Source: Acidobacteriota bacterium
GTDB lineage: Bacteria; Acidobacteriota; UBA6911; JACQSX01
Length of the DNA stretch: 64,000 bases
Direction of reading: 5' to 3'
Assembly: GCA_036507075.1 (NCBI GenBank)
Contig: DASXQR010000003.1
Coordinates: 43,232 to 107,231 of the forward strand
The position numbers and the translations under genes were made by a program. Numbering within the stretch: the first letter of the stretch is position 1; the number at the start of each line of letters is the position of its first letter. Under the pieces are notes generated by a model that worked only from the letters and a program-made list of their open reading frames with translations, was not told the DNA's origin and did not search any database. Below are positions 22,821-32,070 of this stretch, piece by piece.

Positions 22821-24308
22821 ATGGCAGACGTAACAGCCAGGAGAAATGTCATGAGCAAACGAAATTGTCGGTGCACTGGAGAACACAGCCGGGAACTGCA
22901 GTTCGTCTCCGGGCCGGGTTTCAGCCGGCGGCAGTTTTTCCGGGTCGCCGGGACAGGACTGACAGGGTACTACTTTGCACGCGTCGCACGCCCGATTGAC
23001 GTCCTTGCACAGTCCAAGGTCGAAACGGCAAACACGGCAAAGAACTGCATCTTTGTTTTTCTGGCCGGAGCACCGAGCCATGTCGATATGTTCGATTATA
23101 AGGAAGACGCCGACGTGATGCGTCCCGTCGATGTGGGAGCGAGCATGGGACCGGAAACGTTCAACGGCATTCGGATGCCGCGCAGACTTCTTCCCGGTCT
23201 TTCCGATCAGCTCGGAGATCTGCTGATTGTCCGGTCGGTACTGGCCAAGGCCCTGGTGCACCAACTGGCGCAAACCTGGGCGCAGATCGGGCGAAACCCG
23301 ACCGGCGCGCTGGGCAACATCAGCCCTAACATCGGCGCGGTGGTCGCTTTGGAAAAAGAGGCGACTCGAAAGCCGACCGACGTGATGCCCGGATTTGTTG
23401 CGATCAACGCCGGCAACATCCCCGGAGCCGGCTACCTGTCATCGCGGTACGCCCCGTTTCAGGTGCAGCCGAGTCCCGCCGGACTGGCGGGCCTTACGCA
23501 TCCGGACGGGAAGACCCGCTTTGACAGCCGTTGGAAGCTGATCCAGGATCTGGATTCCAAATTGAGGATCGACTCGCCCTACGGCAAAAGCGTTGAGGAC
23601 ATGGGCGAATTTTACGATTCCGCCCTGCAGTTGATGGGCAGCCCGGAAGTGAACGCCGCTTTCCAGTACACCACCGATGAGCAGACTCGATACGGCGGTG
23701 CCAGTTCGAGCTTCGGCGGAGCGTGCATCGTAGCGCGGAATGTCCTGAAAATGAACAACGGCACGCGTTTCATCACCATTAATTCGAACGGTTGGGACAT
23801 GCACAGCAATATCTACACCGGGAACGGAAGCCTGTTTACGCTGGCGCCGCAGATCGATACCGGTCTGACGCAGTTGATCAAAGACCTGAAAGCGACTGCT
23901 TCGCCCGAGACTCCCGGCAAAACCCTGTTCGACGAGACCTTGATTGTATTGCAAGGCGAATTCGGCCGCACGCCGGTTTACAACGGTCAGGGCGGACGCG
24001 ATCATTTTCTGCGTCAGTTTTCGGTATTTGCCGGAGGCGGTGCTGCGGGCGCAAAGGTGCTCGGCGCCACCGACAAGACCGGAAATGCGGCCGTGGATTT
24101 TGGTTGGCATGCCAACCGGGACATTCGCAACGAAGACATTTTTGCCAGCATCTACAGCGCGCTTGGAATCGATTACACCACCGTGCGCTACGATGATCCG
24201 CTGGGACGCGGATTCGAGTATGTTCCGTTCGCCAAGGACGGCGTATACGAACCGGTGACTGAGATTTTCAAGACGAAGTCGAGCTCACGCACGCGTCGAG
24301 TCATCTGA
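22821..24308 (+). CDS. DUF1501 family protein (Tat motif)
   Basis: SRRQFF, FLAGAPSHVDMFD, GWDMH, GEFGRTP, GRDH. Confidence 0.87.
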   Translation: MADVTARRNVMSKRNCRCTGEHSRELQFVSGPGFSRRQFFRVAGTGLTGYYFARVARPIDVLAQSKVETANTAKNCIFVFLAGAPSHVDMFDYKEDADVMRPVDVGASMGPETFNGIRMPRRLLPGLSDQLGDLLIVRSVLAKALVHQLAQTWAQIGRNPTGALGNISPNIGAVVALEKEATRKPTDVMPGFVAINAGNIPGAGYLSSRYAPFQVQPSPAGLAGLTHPDGKTRFDSRWKLIQDLDSKLRIDSPYGKSVEDMGEFYDSALQLMGSPEVNAAFQYTTDEQTRYGGASSSFGGACIVARNVLKMNNGTRFITINSNGWDMHSNIYTGNGSLFTLAPQIDTGLTQLIKDLKATASPETPGKTLFDETLIVLQGEFGRTPVYNGQGGRDHFLRQFSVFAGGGAAGAKVLGATDKTGNAAVDFGWHANRDIRNEDIFASIYSALGIDYTTVRYDDPLGRGFEYVPFAKDGVYEPVTEIFKTKSSSRTRRVI

Positions 24309-24314
24309 AAACCA

Positions 24315-24453
24315 GCCGCCGATTTACACGAATTGGACACGGATAGAAATAGGCCGCCGATTTACGCAAATTGCGCTGATTGATACTCTTCCGTGTTAAT
24401 TCGTGTAAATCGGCGGCCTGCTTCTATCCCTCTCAATTCGTGTAAATCAGCGG
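24315..24453. repeat. Double 9-mer-type inverted repeat (GATTTACAC/GAATT family) between convergent genes
   Basis: Two gccgccgatttac.. left arms and two ..gtaaatcggcggc / gtaaatcagcgg right arms. Confidence 0.82.
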
Positions 24454-24830
24454 TCCCTACTGGCGACCGCCGTGTCTGTGACGTTGTAAACCTTCGACTC
24501 CCCTTTGAACCAGATTTTGGAGAGAACCCGGGCTGTGCCTGCAAATGTGTACGCCTGGCCGTTGCTCGACTGTTTGGGTGACTGCTCTTCGGAGAGGGAC
24601 AGGTCCACGTTTTTTCCCGACTCTGAAGTCAGGTGCAGCACCAGCTTGTTTCCCGGTTGTTCTCGTTCCACTTTCACTTTGTAATCTCCCGACGGAATCA
24701 CGGTGGTTCCAACCTGTGAATCCCGCGACAAGTGAATTCTGATCTGTCCGGTCTTAGATTCCGGTTCGGCTGCCGGCAGAACTGAAAGCGCGGCAAAACC
24801 CATTATTAAGATGGAAAGCAGCTTTTTCAT
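24447..24830 (-). CDS. Small secreted beta-rich hypothetical protein
   Basis: MKKLLSILIMGFAALS signal peptide with GGAGGAG SD; VGTTVIPSGDYKV motif. Confidence 0.72.
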   Translation of the reverse strand: MKKLLSILIMGFAALSVLPAAEPESKTGQIRIHLSRDSQVGTTVIPSGDYKVKVEREQPGNKLVLHLTSESGKNVDLSLSEEQSPKQSSNGQAYTFAGTARVLSKIWFKGESKVYNVTDTAVASRDR

Positions 24831-24882
24831 GATCTCCTCCTTGGGCCGGACAATCCGGCTCTGAAGTTTGGACATTTTTGAG

Positions 24883-24976
24883 AGTGGAGAGACGGCTCGA
24901 TGGCCGTCTCGGGGGAAGTCGAGGGCAGGGCAATCCCGCGACATTCCCTGAGACGTCCCTCAGGACGTCTCTCCGC
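24883..24976. repeat. REP-like doublet (GGAGAGACGGC..GCCGTCTC)
   Basis: Two hairpins in inverted orientation; related copy at 45621-45715. Confidence 0.75.
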
Positions 24977-25046
24977 GTGGCGAAGCCGCGCATTGAGACG
25001 GCATTCAGCCGTCAATTGTTTTTCGCTACGCTTCACGTTGGCACTG

Positions 25047-25066
25047 TTAACCGACCAGTCGGTTAA
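25047..25066. promoter_or_regulatory. Putative TetR-type operator
   Basis: TTAACCGAC-ca-GTCGGTTAA, perfect 9-bp arms, just past tetR and upstream of the small secreted-protein gene. Confidence 0.55.
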
Positions 25067-25089
25067 ATAATTGTCGCAAAAAAAAACAC

Positions 25090-25692
25090 TTACGGCTTGA
25101 GCACGAAATCGAGAGTTGTCTGAATAGCATCGCGTTTGAATTTTTCGAATGGGCCGCCCTCGTAGAGCCATCGGATCGACAGCCCGTCCACCAGTGCCCG
25201 AATTCCCGATGCCGTTCTCTCCGGCGACTGCCTGCGAAAGCTGCCTTCGGTAATTCCACGGGTCACAATTCCGGTTTCCAGGCACCAGCAACGGTGGTAA
25301 AAGTTCCGGGCCAGTTCGGCATATCGCGGATCTCGCGTTGCCAGACCCAGAAAATCGAGGTACGCGCGGTAGAAGGCCCCGTTCCTTTCGGCGCTGATGA
25401 AAATACAATCGAGCACGGCGCGCAACTGATCGGCCGCTTTTTTCTTGCTTCGGATCGCTTCTTCCACCCGCTGGCCGATGCCTGATATCAGCCACTCGAA
25501 TACGGCCAGAAACAGGTCTTCTTTCGATTTAAAGTAATAAAGTGTGGTCCCCTTGCTGACGCCTGCGCGGCTGGCGACATCCTGTAGTGTGACAGCCGAA
25601 AAGCCTTTTTCAGCCACCTCGGCATAGGTTGCCGTAATCAACTCCTGTCTGCGTCGGGCTTCGTCTTCGGCGTAGGCAATTCGGGCAACCAT
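25090..25692 (-). CDS. TetR/AcrR family transcriptional regulator (BetI-like C-terminus)
   Basis: KGFSAVTLQDVASRAGVSKGTTLYYFKSKEDL HTH; start taken at MVARI with AAGGA SD. Confidence 0.9.
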   Translation of the reverse strand: MVARIAYAEDEARRRQELITATYAEVAEKGFSAVTLQDVASRAGVSKGTTLYYFKSKEDLFLAVFEWLISGIGQRVEEAIRSKKKAADQLRAVLDCIFISAERNGAFYRAYLDFLGLATRDPRYAELARNFYHRCWCLETGIVTRGITEGSFRRQSPERTASGIRALVDGLSIRWLYEGGPFEKFKRDAIQTTLDFVLKP

Positions 25693-25755
25693 AAATCCTT
25701 TACAATGCAAAACTCTGCGAAAGTCGTACGATCCTGCACTATGAAAGTCTGGAAG

Positions 25756-25801
25756 CTTGGTGCCTTGGTGGTAGAAAAAACTGAACCACCAAGACACCAA
25801 G
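25756..25801. repeat. 8-mer inverted repeat (CACCAAGG family)
   Basis: cttggtgccttggtggt ... accaccaagacaccaag; related copies at 14629-14646 and 56240-56285. Confidence 0.75.
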
Positions 25802-25883
25802 CGAGACTTTCCTCTCGGGTACCGGGCCACTGCAGAGCGTAAGCCTGTCAGTTTGCGATGTTGAAACCGTCAGTCCTTCGCAA

Positions 25884-25931
25884 TATCTGACTGAACGGTC
25901 AGATAATAAGCTGCTTTCGGAATCCGGTCAA
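25884..25931 (-). promoter_or_regulatory. Putative tetR promoter with overlapping palindromic operator
   Basis: Minus-strand TTGACC-17 bp-TATTAT; palindrome TATCTGAC-n6-GTCAGATA at 25884-25905. Confidence 0.6.
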
Positions 25932-25940
25932 CAGGAAAAA

Positions 25941-26258
25941 TCACTGAATCCTTTCCGAGGAGGTCTTCAAAGCATCCAGGTCGCCGCCTGCATCCCCAAT
26001 TTGCCGCTGCATCTCGGCGTGCCAGTTGTCGATCAACTGAATCAGTTCTCTCAAATTCCCGTAGTAGAGCGGCTCGCGGGTAGTCTCACGATGCCCTTTC
26101 TCATCGTTGCGGGGAATCACAGGCGGGTTGCATTCGGCGCAAAAACTGAGGTACTGCAAGAGAAGATTCAAGACACCGGCAGGAATGGAAAGATGAATCG
26201 GAGTTTTGGCCAGTTCCTCCAGCTTTTGTTTCTCTTCATCGTTCGGTTCGTTTGGCAT
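25941..26258 (-). CDS. Hypothetical protein
   Basis: 105 aa ORF with protein-like composition, a CAEC motif and AAGG upstream. Confidence 0.55.
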   Translation of the reverse strand: MPNEPNDEEKQKLEELAKTPIHLSIPAGVLNLLLQYLSFCAECNPPVIPRNDEKGHRETTREPLYYGNLRELIQLIDNWHAEMQRQIGDAGGDLDALKTSSERIQ

Positions 26259-26277
26259 AGTTTACCTTGATTAAGCG

Positions 26278-26785
26278 AAAAACCGTCTACGTCCACGTGC
26301 ACGACTACGGCAACGTTCACGGCAACGTTCACGGCAACGTCCATGATTATGTCTCGCAGTCAGGCTCTGGCACCGATCAGTACCGCTGGGTGCCAGGGAA
26401 CCGGACAGTGCAGACGTCAACGTTGGCGTACGTTGGCGTGGACGTCGACGTGGTCGTGTTACCGGATCGTGAAATGTGGTTTTTTTGACCAGATTCTCAT
26501 GTGAAAGAATCGGACACGGATAGCGGCTTTGCCGCCAGCTCTTGCGGAAAGGCTTCGCCTTTCCGTCGAGAACCACTCCACAAAAATCCGAGGCTGTGCC
26601 TCGGAATTTGCGAGGCACAGCCTCGCACCGAAAAATAACAGACCAACGGAAAGGTGAAGCCTTTCCGCAAGAGCTGGCGGCAAAGCCGCGTGATTTTTTC
26701 CATCACCTTTGGTTATGGCCTTACGGCCACCGTGTGCACGTGAACGTGGACGGTTTTTTGTTTGACTGCGGCTTCGCCGTGTGTC
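26278..26785. repeat. Composite element: 6-mer (CACGTC-type) inverted arms enclosing a multi-hairpin REPIN-like unit
   Basis: Outer aaaaaccgtctacgtccacgtgcac / gtgcacgtgaacgtggacggtttttt; inner 44-bp arms at 26523-26566 and 26646-26689. Confidence 0.82.
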
Positions 26786-26798
26786 CGTGGTGAAAACT

Positions 26799-28538
26799 TC
26801 ATCTAACGGCGCCCCGGAATTTTCCGCGCCGCATTTCCTCGGCAATAAAGTCAGCGGCCCGCGCCGCCAGCGCCATGATGGTTAACGTAGGGTTTTTCTC
26901 GGTCGAAGAAGTGAAACTGCTGCCGTCTACTACGAACAAATTGGCAATCTCATGGCTCTGATTGTTCTTGTTCAGCATGGAATTTCGGGGATCATTTCCC
27001 ATGCGGCAGGTTCCGGCGTCATGGATGCTGTATCCCGGTGGTCTCGGCTCTCTGGCTTGCCGCACGATTTCGATGCCGGCAGCGCGGAACATTTCTTCCG
27101 CCGTGTCGATCATATCCTTTACCATCGCCTTCTCGTTGTCGCCCCAGGTGACGTGAAACTTAAGCACCGGAATTCCCCACTCGTCGGTCCGCGACTTGTC
27201 AATCTCCACATAATTATCCGCACGCGGCAGAACCTCCCCGAAAGCGGTCATGCCTGCCGTGGTGTTGTACATCTCGCGCACCCTGGCTTTAAAATCGGCG
27301 CCGAATCCCTTGATGGACCGGGCATAACCCGGGAACTCTCCACCGCCGGCCTCGGTTTCAAACCCATAACCGCGGATGAAATCTTTGCGCTGATCGGTGA
27401 CGTTGCGAAATTTAGGCAGATAGGGCGGCGAACCATAGGGGCGGGCATCTGCGCTCACCGGCGCGGTCCCCTTCAACGAAGGGATGATGCCGCTGATGCT
27501 TCCTCCCATGATGTGCTCGCAGAAATACTTTCCCAGAACACTGCTGGAATTTCCAAGGCCCTGCGGGTACCGTCGTGACGTGGAGTTCAACAGCAGGCGC
27601 GTGCTCTCCAGCGACGAGGCGCCCAGTACGACGACGCGCCCGCGGACCTGAAATTCACTCCGGGTTTCGCGGTCTATGAAACTGACTCCGGAGACATGAT
27701 TTCCATTTTTTGAAAGCAGTACTTCGCGCACCATAGCATTGGGCCGAAGCGTAAACCGGCCCGTCTGTTCCGCCAGCGGAATCAAAACGCCCAGCGATGA
27801 AAATGAAGAACGCGTATCGCAGATGCGATCGCAGTGCCCGCAGAAATGACATCCCGGCCGGCCGCCGTGCGGCACGGTGGCAGTGGCGGAGCGCCCGTGA
27901 ATCAGGTTTCGTCCCGAAAATTTTTCCACTCCCCTTTTCAGGATTTTTTCGCCGCAGGTCATCGGCACGGGCGGCAGGAAGAGGCTGTCCGGATTGTTGG
28001 GAAGCCCCTCATAAGTGCCGCAGATTCCAACCACAGATTCAACGTGGCGGTAGTAAGGCTCGATTTCGTCGTAGGTGAGCGGCCAGTTGATTCCATATCC
28101 ATCCAGGCTGGCGCGGCGGAAATCGTCCGGGCTGAAGCGCAACGACACCAGTCCCCAATGCAGAGTCTTTCCGCCCACGGCGCGGGCGCGGACCCAAACA
28201 AAATTTGTTCCTTCCGCTTTCGTATATGGATTCTTTGTCTCATCGATGAAGGACTGTTTGCTCCATGGGTTGGCCGCATAACAGTACTTGGCCCGCTCCC
28301 GTGGTGAGAAAGATCCCCGAAAGGGAAAGTCCCACACCGGCCGGTGGTGATTAAAGTCTTCGATCTTGTGGTAAGGGCCGGCCTCGAGCATCAAGACTTC
28401 CAGGCCCCTCTCTGCCAGCTCTTTGGCCGCCATTCCGCCGGCCGCGCCCGAGCCGACCACGATGGCGTCGTAGGTCTTCTTTAGATCGAGTTGTTTCATA
28501 CTTTTCACATTAGGCGCAAGAGTGCTGCCAAGGTACAT
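26799..28538 (-). CDS. GMC family oxidoreductase, flavoprotein subunit
   Basis: IVVGSGAAGG FAD motif, GGKTLHWG, CHFCGHCDRIC, HDAGTCRMG, NPTLTIMALA; start may be 28499. Confidence 0.92.
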   Translation of the reverse strand: MYLGSTLAPNVKSMKQLDLKKTYDAIVVGSGAAGGMAAKELAERGLEVLMLEAGPYHKIEDFNHHRPVWDFPFRGSFSPRERAKYCYAANPWSKQSFIDETKNPYTKAEGTNFVWVRARAVGGKTLHWGLVSLRFSPDDFRRASLDGYGINWPLTYDEIEPYYRHVESVVGICGTYEGLPNNPDSLFLPPVPMTCGEKILKRGVEKFSGRNLIHGRSATATVPHGGRPGCHFCGHCDRICDTRSSFSSLGVLIPLAEQTGRFTLRPNAMVREVLLSKNGNHVSGVSFIDRETRSEFQVRGRVVVLGASSLESTRLLLNSTSRRYPQGLGNSSSVLGKYFCEHIMGGSISGIIPSLKGTAPVSADARPYGSPPYLPKFRNVTDQRKDFIRGYGFETEAGGGEFPGYARSIKGFGADFKARVREMYNTTAGMTAFGEVLPRADNYVEIDKSRTDEWGIPVLKFHVTWGDNEKAMVKDMIDTAEEMFRAAGIEIVRQAREPRPPGYSIHDAGTCRMGNDPRNSMLNKNNQSHEIANLFVVDGSSFTSSTEKNPTLTIMALAARAADFIAEEMRRGKFRGAVR

Positions 28539-28540
28539 TC

Positions 28541-28642
28541 AAATGCGGATTTCGGAATTCGGAATGCGGAATATACTTAACTTGAGTTGTCAAAGCCGAA
28601 GCCAACACCCTTGCCATTCCACATTCCGCATTCCCAAATCCA
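28541..28642. repeat. Heptamer inverted-repeat element (GAATGCG family)
   Basis: aatgcggatttcggaattcggaatgcggaat ... cattccacattccgcattcccaaatcc. Confidence 0.8.
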
Positions 28643-28714
28643 CACTCGTTAATACGCTGGCCAGTCTTTCTAGAAATGAAAGAAACGCCGACTTATTGTC
28701 AAATTACATTGAGC

Positions 28715-29311
28715 TCATCCATGCTCTTCATGCCGGCAGGCGGCTGGAAAAGCCGTGTTGAACGAATTACCGGTGTAATTCAGCTCTTCCAGCAAGCCCG
28801 GTTCCGAAGTGTAGTAGCCGACGATTGTCAGTCCCTTGATTGAGTTGAAGAAGCGACGACCGGGCTCCAGATCCGGAGGCAGCGTGTCATTAAGATCGCT
28901 GATTTCCGCCAGCAGCGCGGCGCGTTGCTCTGTGCTCGCGCCAAGGAAATCGGTTTTTGTTCGCCGGCGCGCAAAATCATCGATCCAGGACAATCCCTGC
29001 AGGAAAGTATCTTTGGAGTCGGCTTCAGTAAGCACAGTGTCGATGTATTCGTTGACGCGCGCCTTCCTTGCTCCAGGAGTGGAAGTTTCCGGAATGATCA
29101 TCTCCGCGATGGCCGCGACCAGTTCGTTTTGATGCGCGTTGAACACCTGTGGCTTCCACGATTCCGGTGACTGTTGCAACCAGCGGTGAACATGCTCTCC
29201 GTATAAAGATGAGAAGGGCGGCATGAGGGAAGAGATTTCAAACAGGCCTACCATCACCGCCAGGCGCCTCAATGCCTCGCGCCTGGAGAATTCATCAATT
29301 TGTTCTGACAT
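28715..29311 (-). CDS. Gluconate 2-dehydrogenase subunit 3 family (Tat carrier for the GMC subunit)
   Basis: SRREALRR, IIPETSTPGA, GYYTSE; upstream of the GMC gene. Confidence 0.85.
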   Translation of the reverse strand: MSEQIDEFSRREALRRLAVMVGLFEISSLMPPFSSLYGEHVHRWLQQSPESWKPQVFNAHQNELVAAIAEMIIPETSTPGARKARVNEYIDTVLTEADSKDTFLQGLSWIDDFARRRTKTDFLGASTEQRAALLAEISDLNDTLPPDLEPGRRFFNSIKGLTIVGYYTSEPGLLEELNYTGNSFNTAFPAACRHEEHG

Positions 29312-29378
29312 GAAGCGAAATTACTACGTGGCACCCGAACTGGCAACAGCAAATTGAGTGTGGCGATTGGTGACTCCT

Positions 29379-29715
29379 TCATTAGTCATCATTCATTCGT
29401 CATTAGTCATTGGTCATTTGGGAGACAGCAGAAGTCGAAAGTCGAAAGCGCACGTTCGCTACACCGTCAGTACCGCGACCGCAAGGGAGCGATACGCCGG
29501 ATTGACAAATCGACCCGGATTGACAAATCGATACCCCGTGTCCTGTATGCAATGGTGGCACGGCACAGAGCGGCCATCAGGTTGTTAAGGGTCGCCGGGA
29601 CGCCCACTCCGGCATATTGCTCCCTTGCGGTCGCGGTACTGATGACGCAGCGAGACCCTGGACTTTGACTGGCCTTGGACTCCGGCGCAGACCAATGACT
29701 AATGACCAATGACCA
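29379..29715. repeat. Nested element: GTCATTG/CAATGAC heptamer arms around a 28-bp REP-like inverted pair and a 17-bp direct repeat
   Basis: REP arms 29467-29494 / 29615-29642; ccggattgacaaatcga at 29497 and 29515. Confidence 0.82.
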
Positions 29716-29755
29716 ACACCGAGCTATACTACCGTCACATTTGCCGAGGTGTGGT

Positions 29756-31948
29756 GTGATCTCTTCCGCTTTCAGAAGATCGCTTTTCGTTTTCGCGGCG
29801 TTCTCCTGTTCGTATCTGTCTGCTCAGGTTGCCTGGGTTGCAAAGTTTGAGGACGCCGTAAAACAGGCGACTGTCGAAAACAAGTTCATCGTGCTGGATA
29901 TCGGCGCCAGTTCGTCACCGCCTTGCCAGCAGATGGCCCGTGAAGTCTATCCCGACAAAGATTTCATCCGGTTTTCACGAACCCAGGTTTTCATGCTTTT
30001 GGACGTTGAAAATGATCCCGAAGGCGTTCACCTGGCCGGGAAATTCGATGTCAATCTCTACCCGACCGTTCTGGTCCTCAGTTCCAACGGAGAGGAAATC
30101 AGCCGCATCACCGGAGGACGCAGCACCGACGGATTGATTCGCGACCTGAAAGAGATTTTTGCCGATCCCGTCCCTTATCGGGAACTGGTGGACAGAGCAA
30201 GGACGGATGCCGGCAACTTCAAACTGCAGTACAAAGCGGGGGAGCGGGCGCTCAACAGGCAGGATCTTTCAATTGCGCGCCAGTTTCTACAGCGCGCAGC
30301 AGACCTCTCGCAGGATCGTGACATTGTCGAGAGAGCAAACGTTCTCACACTGCTCTCGGTGGCTGATTTCCAGGATGGCAAACATCAAGAGAGCATTAAA
30401 GCGCTGGACGAGCTGGAAAAGCTCGATCCAAAAACCGCGCAGTCTCCCCATCTGAAATTCCAGCGCGCCCGATCGCTGATGGCCATCAAGAAATTCGACG
30501 AGGCGTCCAGGGTGCTCACTGATCTTATCCATTCCACCCGGTCCCGATCCGATATAGACGACGCAAAGAAGATGCTGGCCAATTTGCCTGCCAGGTTCCG
30601 AGGAACCGGAAAGGACTACGCCGAACTTCTGGAAAAGGCCAAAGAAGAGCTCAGGAAAGGAAAAACGGCGGCGGCGCTGGAGCTTGCGAAGAAAGCCGTA
30701 GAGGCCGCGCCACAGGCCGCCGAAGCGCACATGCTTCTGGCAGCGGCTCAATTTCAGCAATCTTCAGCCGAGGCCGATCGGGACAGAAAGAACCACCTGG
30801 TGGCGTCCGCTTTGAACGAACTAAGAATAGCGCGACGGCTCGACCTTGACGATTTGATCACCTATCGCAGCGCGAAACGTTATCTGGCCTCGAGGCTATT
30901 GGCCGAAATGCCGAATTCGAAAGAATCTCAGCAGCGTTACGTGGAGGCGGAAGCTCTTTTCAACACCGCCGACACTCTGCTGAAGAGCGGCAGAACAAAT
31001 GAAGCCCGGCAGCAGTTGATCCTTTCCCTGCTCGCGGATCCGGAGTACCCGCTGGTCTGGAGGAACCTGGAGGATCTGGCCCGAACCGAAGGACATGATC
31101 TGGAGCGCCATTCCGATTTGATCCCGCTTTCACTTCTGACATTGGATGACGCGGGCGGACACGACCGGCGCAACTTTCCCGACTTGCCCGCCGAAGCGAT
31201 TCCAGCCTGGCAGGAATACGTCAAAAACAAATTGCTCTGGAAACAGGAGAGATTCCAGAAAACCTTTCCCACGGAACCCTTCTATCACACCACATTCACG
31301 GAAGAACTGGATTCGCTCAACAGGTTGGTTGAGAAGTGGGATTCGATGCGTAAAGAAAAGTCCTCCCTGCAGGATCCGACCCTGGACTTTCTCCGTCAGA
31401 TCTGGATTGATGGCCAGTTGGACGCCTTCATCTTTCTGGAACTTTTCACCGAAGAGTACCGGGGTCCGTATGAAAACTGGAAGAAGGAAAACCCAAATGC
31501 GGCCCTTGCCTACATCTCTCGCTATCTACTGGGTTCTCCCCGGGCCAGGTCGCGCGGCAATTACAATTCTTCGGCTGTCGATGCCTACAACGCCGGAGTT
31601 GAACTTTACCAGAAGGGAGACAAAAGGCAGGCGGTCGAACAATATCACAGGGCACTGGCGCAGGAACCGCGCATGGTGCCTGCTCTCCAGAATCTGACGA
31701 TGATTTATCTGGAGTTGAATGAACTCGAGCGAGCGCGCCAAACTGTGAAGCTTTGGGCAGAGGCCGAGCCCGAGTCCGCGCGTCCGCTGGGGATTGACGC
31801 GCAATTCGCCTATAACGACGGCGACTACGCCGCCGCCCGCGATCTTTTGCAGCGAGCTCTGTCGCTGGAAAGAGATGCAGAAGAAAAATTGCGCCTGCAG
31901 CAGAATCTGTCGGCTGCGGAGAAAATGCTGGCGCGCAAAAAGCCGTGA
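29756..31948 (+). CDS. Exported thioredoxin-like plus TPR repeat protein
   Basis: Signal peptide, Trx-like domain (KFIVLD..SPPC..YPTVLVL), multiple TPR helices; GTG start with GAGGT SD preferred over the repeat-embedded ATG at 29702. Confidence 0.78.
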   Translation: MISSAFRRSLFVFAAFSCSYLSAQVAWVAKFEDAVKQATVENKFIVLDIGASSSPPCQQMAREVYPDKDFIRFSRTQVFMLLDVENDPEGVHLAGKFDVNLYPTVLVLSSNGEEISRITGGRSTDGLIRDLKEIFADPVPYRELVDRARTDAGNFKLQYKAGERALNRQDLSIARQFLQRAADLSQDRDIVERANVLTLLSVADFQDGKHQESIKALDELEKLDPKTAQSPHLKFQRARSLMAIKKFDEASRVLTDLIHSTRSRSDIDDAKKMLANLPARFRGTGKDYAELLEKAKEELRKGKTAAALELAKKAVEAAPQAAEAHMLLAAAQFQQSSAEADRDRKNHLVASALNELRIARRLDLDDLITYRSAKRYLASRLLAEMPNSKESQQRYVEAEALFNTADTLLKSGRTNEARQQLILSLLADPEYPLVWRNLEDLARTEGHDLERHSDLIPLSLLTLDDAGGHDRRNFPDLPAEAIPAWQEYVKNKLLWKQERFQKTFPTEPFYHTTFTEELDSLNRLVEKWDSMRKEKSSLQDPTLDFLRQIWIDGQLDAFIFLELFTEEYRGPYENWKKENPNAALAYISRYLLGSPRARSRGNYNSSAVDAYNAGVELYQKGDKRQAVEQYHRALAQEPRMVPALQNLTMIYLELNELERARQTVKLWAEAEPESARPLGIDAQFAYNDGDYAAARDLLQRALSLERDAEEKLRLQQNLSAAEKMLARKKP

Positions 31949-31954
31949 AATACC

Positions 31955-32058
31955 GAACCGCCAAGAACGCCAAGAACGCCAAGCCTCAAGTTCTGTCCGG
32001 CGGTCACATTGTTATTCTCGCCCTGGTTTGCCTGAATATCTTGGCGTTCTTGGCGGTT
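31955..32058. repeat. 9-mer inverted-repeat element (AACGCCAAG family)
   Basis: gaaccgccaagaacgccaagaacgccaag ... cttggcgttcttggcggtt. Confidence 0.88.
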
Positions 32059-32070
32059 TAAGTTGTTCGT

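Noticed and set aside
28539..28718. Relay between the GMC carrier subunit and the GMC gene
   Set aside because: The ATGA-overlap ORF stops after four codons, and no start feeds the frame ending before the GMC ATG.
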